NCBI GenBank assembly: GCA_002269645.1
Contig: NIVC01003098.1
Location: forward strand, 55,489-119,488
DNA: 64,000 bases
Reading direction: 5' to 3'
Source: Macrostomum lignano
Lineage: Eukaryota
This document shows positions 57,446-64,000 of this stretch, piece after piece. A model generated the notes under the pieces. That model was not told the DNA's origin. It saw nothing but the letters and a program-made list of their open reading frames with translations, and did no database searches. The position numbers and the translations under genes are program-made. Each line of letters opens with the position of its first letter. Position 1 is the stretch's first letter.

Positions 57446-59546
57446 TCAAAGTCCATCGCGACGCATGAGTTGCAGCTGAAATGGCGGCGGGCAAGCCACG
57501 AGGCCAAGCGAGCCGCCCTCGGAAAGGAGGCGCTCCGCTTTGACCTGACTGGCGCAGTCTTTGTCGTCGCCACCGACGGCAATTCCAATGCGGAAGTGCT
57601 GCAGGAAGCGGGCGGCAGTCAGGAAGATTTCCATGCGGGCCAGCTGCTCGCCGAGGCAGGCGCGCGGACCCACGGAGAAGGGCAGCGCCATCGGCAGAGC
57701 TAGGAAATTACCATCGGAGTCCAGAAAGCGCTCCGGCTTGAACACAGACGGCTCGGCAAAGTGGCGCGGATCCCGCTGCGCCGCCTGGATGTTTGGAAGC
57801 AGCCAGGCGCCCTCGGGGATTCGGTAGCCGCCAGACAGCAGGACAGACCGCTCAGCCCGGTGGACGACGGCTGTTGGCACCGGCGGATTCAGCCGTAGCG
57901 TCTCCTCGATGAAGGCGCGCAGCAGGTTGAGCTGAGCGCGGTCGGCGTGTCCAACGTGACGATCGCCGACGATGCAGTCGATCTCGTCAGCCAGACGTCG
58001 CTGCCAGCTGGGGTGGGCAGCGAGCCGCAAGAAGATCCACTTCAGAGCGGAGCCGGTGGAGTCCGTGCCGGCGATGGTCAGGTCGAAGAGCGACACGGCT
58101 AGACGGCCTTCGCTGAAAGCGTCGTCAGGTTTGCTGCTGCAATTGGTGTCAAGATTGTAGCCGGCGGCGCCTTCGGACTCAGCGACGACACGTACAGCTG
58201 CATCCAGGAAGGTGCATGCCTGCAATATTGGTAGTTGACGCGTTACTTCTAGTGGTCCTTGTGATGCATTTGCTGGATTCAGGTAGGAAGGGTGACCCCA
58301 AGTAGCTGGGATAAAGACCTCAGGTAGCCGTAAGGAATTAACTTGCCTAGGAGGAAGAAATTTGAGTAAGATCCGAGGGAGAACCCCAATGAAACTCATT
58401 TCAAAGCAAGATCCGCAAAAGAAAATAGCAAAGCACTTGCCTGATAAGTGTTGTTGTTATTCCTGCTCGCGGTCGCCTCCTTCACTCGCTCCTCCGCAAT
58501 GCCCAGCACTCGTTCGATAGCGGCTTTGGCTGCTCGAATCCGGTTAAGGCGCCACAGAAGCGGCGGGCAGCGGCGCAGCAGTGGCAAAAGGACAGCGCCG
58601 CCAAATCCGCTGTACACATCTGCCTGGACGACTGTCTGGACTGCGCGCAAGCTGCCGCCTAAGTCTGTGGTGTCGCTGGCGCGTTCACCGAACACCAGTC
58701 GGCAGATGATGTTGGTAGCAATTCTAGCCAGTAGGTCGCTGTCAACTTCAAGCTGCCGACCGCTGGCGGGCAGTTCGGACAGCTGGTGCTGCAGCTCCGA
58801 CTGGACGATGTCCTCCATGCCACAGCGGTTGAAACCGAAGTCCTTCAGAACGCGGAGGGCCAGGTTGCGGTGCTTGCGCCACACCTGAATGTAGGGAAGG
58901 ATAAATTTGGAATAAGCACTGAGAGGAAGGCTAGAGAGGGAGATACTAAGGTCAGGGAAGAGGGACACTGAGGGAGACACTGAGGGAGACACTGAGGGAG
59001 ACACTGAGGGAGACACTGAGGGAGACACTGAGGGAGACACTGAAGGAGACTCTGGGGAGGACGAGACAGGAGGCAGTGGTGAGGATAGTAACGATGGAAC
59101 AGTGAAGTACACAATGAAGAGTTCAGCCTGCTAGACACCCAATTCCAACTCACCTCTCCGTCGCCCAGGACGAGTCCGCTGCCCTTTAGCAGAGTCTCGG
59201 ACCAGAGCAGCCGCTGTCGGCCAGACAAATCGTCGGCGTGGTCCAGCAGAGCCTCCCGGATGCGCTCGGTGCTGTTAAGTGTCACCCAGGTTCGTCCGGC
59301 CAACCGGAAGGCGAGTAAATCGCCGTACCGACCGACAGCTTCCGGTAGCCAGGCTCGGAACGGAAGTCGCAATTGAAAGTAGCTGCCAAAAAGCGGCAGG
59401 CGCCAGGGTCCTGGGAGACGTCGCTCAAGAGCATTGTTATTTGTAGGCTTCTTCATCATCAGCAGCAGCAGCATCAGCAGCAGCAGCAGCAGGGTGCCGC
59501 CCGCCAGCACCCAGCCGAAGCCGAGGCAGAGAATTTCAGTGGGCAT
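57446..59546 (-). CDS. Cytochrome P450, clan-2 (CYP2)-like (3 exons, 536 aa)
   Basis: Exons 59546-59154 (signal anchor, LPGPWRLPLFG), 58884-58441 (WRKHR C-helix) and 58219-57446 (AGTDST I-helix, ETLR, KPERF, heme motif FSVGPRACLG). Intron 1 is GT-AG; intron 2 is GC-AG. Clan inferred from motifs only. Confidence 0.93.
58220..58440 (-). other. Non-canonical GC-AG intron (P450 intron 2)
   Basis: Donor CAG|GCAAGT matches consensus at all other positions; acceptor ATATTGCAG|GCA; both phase 0. The unspliced frame hits TGA at 58396. Confidence 0.8.
58965..59048. repeat. 12-bp minisatellite in P450 intron 1
   Basis: Unit GACACTGAGGGA, ~6-7 copies. Confidence 0.9.
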
Positions 59547-59952
59547 CGCGAGACAGAAGCAGACAAAAGCTCAGGGCTTGGAATCGCCTCGGTGGCTCCG
59601 ATTTTATAGACGGGAAAATGCCGGTGAACTCGCCCAACCCTCCCCTCACCCGGCGCGTCCCGAGAAATGCCGCTCGCCGCGGGGTCCTCCGGTTGGTTGG
59701 TTCGGATTGGCGGAGTTGTGTAATAAATACTGCAGGCATTGTAAATTTGTTCAACTATTTTTAGCTTTTTTTAGTCAGCACTTCAATATATTTTGGTTTA
59801 ATGTGAAAGTTCATTTCAAGGTCGGGTAGCAAATATTTTTCAACTGTTTTTGTGTGACAGCAACATAAGGACTATACTGAAGCCATCCTTGAAATAAACT
59901 GGAGACTGTGCCGAGTTCCAGATTGGGCACCAAACCTACGAACTGAGGTTCC

Positions 59953-61770
59953 AAACTAAGAATCAGTTCACTAAAACTAAGAATAAGTTCACCAAACTAA
60001 GAATCAGTTCACCAAACCAAGAATCAGTTCACCAAACTAAGAATCAGTTCACCAAACCAAGAATCAGTTCACCAAACTAAGAACCAGTTCAACAAACTAG
60101 GAATCAGTTCACCAAACTAAGAACCAGTTCAACAAACTAGGAATCAGTTCCCCAAACTAAGAATCAGTTCAACAAACTAGGAATCAGTTCCCCAAACTAA
60201 GAATCAGTTCAACAAACTAGGAATCAGTTCCCCAAACTAAGAATCAGTTCACCAAACTAAGAACCAGTTCAACAAACTAGGAATCAGTTCACCAAACTAA
60301 GAATCAGTTCACAAAACCAAGAATCAGTTCACCAAACTAAGAATCAGTTCACCAAACTAAGAATCAGTTCCCCAAACTAAGAATCAGTTCACCAAACCAA
60401 GAATCAGTTCACCAAACTAAGAGCTAGTTCACCAAACTAAGACCCAGTTCACCAAACTAAGAACCAGTTCACCAAACTAAGAGCTAGTTCACCAAACTAA
60501 GAGCTAGTTCACCAAACTAAGAATCAGTTCACCAAACTAAGAACCAGTTCACCAAACTAAGAACCAGTTCACTAAACTAAGAACCAGTTCACCAAACTAA
60601 GACCCAGTTCACCAAACTAAGAACCAGTTCACAAAACCAAGAATCAGTTCACCAAACTAAGAATCAGTTCACCAAACTAAGAACCAGTTCACCAAACTAA
60701 GAACCAGTTCACTAAACTAAGAACCAGTTCACCAAACTAAGACCCAGTTCACCAAACTAAGAGCTAGTTCACCAAACTAAGAATCAGTTCACCAAACTAA
60801 GACCCAGTTCACCAAACTAGGAATCAGTTCACCAAACTAAGAGCTAGTTCACCAAACTAAGAATCAGTTCACCAAACTAAGAATCAGTTCACCAAACCAA
60901 GAATCAGTTCACCAAACTAAGAGCTAGTTCACCAAACTAAGACCCAGTTCACCAAACTAAGAACCAGTTCACCAAACTAAGAGCTAGTTCACCAAACTAA
61001 GAGCTAGTTCACCAAACTAAGAATCAGTTCACCAAACTAAGAACCAGTTCACCAAACTAAGAACCAGTTCACTAAACTAAGAACCAGTTCACCAAACTAA
61101 GACCCAGTTCACCAAACTAAGAACCAGTTCACCAAACTAAGAGCTAGTTCACCAAACTAAGAATCAGTTCACCAAACTAAGAACCAGTTCACCAAACTAA
61201 GAACCAGTTCACTAAACTAAGAACCAGTTCACCAAACTAAGACCCAGTTCACCAAACTAAGAGCTAGTTCACCAAACTAAGACCCAGTTCACCAAACTAA
61301 GACCCAGTTCACCAAACTAAGACCCAGTTCACCAAACTAAGAACCAGTTCACTAAACTAAGAACCAGTTCACTAAACTAAGAACCAGTTCACCAAACTAA
61401 GACCCAGTTCACCAAACTAAGAACCAGTTCACCAAACTAAGACCCAGTTCACCAAACTAAGAGCTAGTTCACCAAACTAAGACCCAGTTCACCAAACTAA
61501 GAACCAGTTCACCAAACTAAGAACCAGTTCACTAAACTAAGAGCAAGTTCACCAAACTAAGAATCAGTTCACCAAACTATGACCCAGTTCACCAAACTAA
61601 GAACCAGTTCACCAAACTAAGAACCAGTTCACTAAACTAAGAGCAAGTTCACCAAACTAAGAACCAGTTCACCAAACTAAGAACCAGTTCACCAAACTAA
61701 GACCCAGTTCACCAAACTAAGAACCAGTTCACCAAACTAAGAGCTAGTTCACCAAACTAAGAGCTAGTCC
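59953..61770. repeat. 20-bp minisatellite (~1.8 kb) upstream of the P450 gene
   Basis: Unit CCAAACTAAGAA(C/T)CAGTTCA with GAGCTAG and GACCCAG variants, ~90 copies. Confidence 0.97.
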
Positions 61771-64000
61771 AAGAGTTTAGGCGCCAACCAGAATCTTTGT
61801 GGCAAGTTAGAGTTTAGACAGACATTCGGGCGCCAAATTTGAATGTCTCCTAGTGGGGTCAAGAATTGCCAGGTCTATTGGGGCTGACTGGCCGCTGCGT
61901 GGACAAAGACCGGCTGCGTTACGAGTGCAAGCAAACTTTGTGCTCGATTTTTAAGACTGTCTTTGTAGCCATTTTTCGACCCGTTAATGCTCTTCATTCA
62001 GTGTGTTTATTACCTAGAATTTTGGCCCAAGTCCCGTTTAATACCAGATCCGATGCCAGGAATTGAGGACGACTATACTCGTATTTAGTGCTGCGGCACT
62101 TGACGCAACTGGACGAAACCAGCTTTATTTTTGTAGTGTTCTTTTCGTAAATCTGGTGCATAATTCTCTTGCTGTAAAGAATGACTGCAACATGGCCGTG
62201 CACCCGGACAAAGGCTGAGTGTTGTGTGTGTTCAAAGTCGTAAACTCCTTCTACAGTGCTGGTGGAACTAAAAGACAGGAAAATTGAATAACGCAATTAG
62301 CTTAATAAATTGTGTCATCAAAACCGCCACCCCTGCCCGGATGACTGCTTGCTGTTTTGCTTACGCATATTAACAAATAATAGTGCAAGAGAAATGTCAA
62401 CTGTGACTTCTGTACCCTGCCGCTCTTTCCGGGCTTCTTGCTTTCGTCTTCTGCGAATGCGAGTGCAAAACTTAGTCAGCTGTTCCAACTTGATTAGTCC
62501 ACATAGGTAAGCTGTGCATTCTGCATTTTCAACTCGCTTCGGAGCAGAGACCAGACGCATCTCAGGTGGGTATCAAGCTTAGGATTTTTTGTCAATACGA
62601 GAGTAGAGATCAATTTTGCAAGATTTGTGCATCATTTATCGCGGGGAGTTTGATTGAACGCGAGTGACAATACGCAGTTAACGTACACTGGCACTAATGT
62701 ACGACAAGCTGCAGATGGGTGATGTGTCCAGGGGCCCGCGCTGTGAAACGCATACTCGTGACTCCCTCTGAAGTGTTTCGAAATTGCATATTAATCATGG
62801 TAACGAAGTAGCCCATGATACTTGGGGTGCACGTGTGACAATCTCAGCTACTTCCTTTGGTAAAAGCAGTCATCCATGCGCTTAGGACATCATGTACTAT
62901 GAATATTTCACTGATACCATGCAAGAAACGATTTGCTGAGGATTTTAAGAACCACGAACCATGCGCCCTTTGCTTTTAGGACCTTGTTGTCAGGCCTGCA
63001 AACTGTCACTCTGGTGACTCTGGTGCACTGCACTTATAGTTTCACTTTCACAGCGATTTTTCTAATAACCGTTTCAACGCCCACGCGGAAACCCAGCACT
63101 TGTGGCTGATTAAAGCTGGAATTCGCAGAGCTTTTTTGTAATTCCTAACTCAAAATCTCTCAAGGACATGCATCGCAACGATGTGTCGTAAATCTTTATT
63201 TTCATAATTCTAGTGGAATTTCTAGCAATAAAAAATGAAAACTTCGAAATTCAAAAAGAAACAAAGACTTCTGGACATTGAATTTGTTCCCTAGCTTTCA
63301 TTGGCCACTCGCACGAAAGCTCGATTGCGGAAATCTTGAAACTGGGTCAGCACTGTGAATTCGTCAGCAATGAGTCACGTGGTCCGAAAAACCGAGGGGA
63401 GGCCATGCGCAACTGCACCAGAAGCCGCGATTCAACTTCGAAATTATAATTCGATTCTGACTGTTTTGGTGCAATAGCACCAAATATATTCATTGCTCTT
63501 CACTGTTCAATAGTTTTCCTACTGCTTCTGCTTTCTACTGCCTATTTGTTACGAGAGAATGCAAAACTGATTGCATGAATGCCGGAAAGAAACGCTGGAT
63601 GGAGTCGTACTCGTATAATGAGTTCAGACCATTGTTTGCCAGTTTTCTCAATACCTGTGCATGCTCGAGATAGCATTTTTCATTTTATTTCAGAAGTCGA
63701 GCATCGTATTCAACCGTATTCAACCCATGCTTCGACGATTGTCATGGCTAAAACCGTATACGCTCTGTGCAATTTCTGGGTTCCATGGCACGAGAATCAT
63801 GCTCCTCGTGCAATGCTCTGGCGATTGTAGAAGGTGCTCTGTGCAGTTGTAGAGAAGCGAATATCCAGCGCAATTGTAGAGAATGTTCTTTGCAAAATTC
63901 GAGAACGTTATATGCAATTTTTCAGTTTCATTGCTCTAGAATCTCTATATAAAATGCTCTGCAATCTCAAAAATTATGTGTGCGATGCTCTGTGAAATTT

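Noticed and set aside
62130-62290. HPDK J-domain-like motif on the plus strand, and neighbouring ORFs 61994-62560
   Set aside because: In-frame TGA two codons after HPDK, helix II does not match, and I could not build a phase-consistent exon chain.

Overview
Eukaryotic (metazoan) genomic DNA: GC-rich exons in AT-rich introns, with about 15 kb (~23%, my tally) of mini- and microsatellites. The style resembles a Macrostomum-like flatworm, but that is inference only. I reconstructed five spliced genes by hand: (1) 14-3-3 epsilon-like (minus, 4 exons, 255 aa); (2) ubiquitin-conjugating enzyme UBE2H (minus, 6 exons, 194 aa), whose first intron is a U12-type (minor) GT-AG intron; (3) an orphan signal-peptide, single-TM protein (minus, 2 exons, 277 aa); (4) an Ig-domain + FN3 + GPI-signal cell-surface protein (plus, 9 exons over 20 kb) with one unresolved frame break; (5) a clan-2-like cytochrome P450 (minus, 3 exons, 536 aa) with a GC-AG intron. 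A sixth, tentative plus-strand gene lies at about 27.7-30.8 kb. Also present are four copies of a tRNA-headed SINE and several TIR-bounded non-autonomous DNA elements. The most striking unexplained pattern is that several tandem arrays start at or overlap a 5' splice site and fill most of the intron. One multiplies an in-frame GTGAGT donor about 67 times and another multiplies the U12 branch-point consensus about 20 times. Most long ORFs in the supplied track are repeat artefacts. Exon coordinates were counted by hand; repeat boundaries are approximate.
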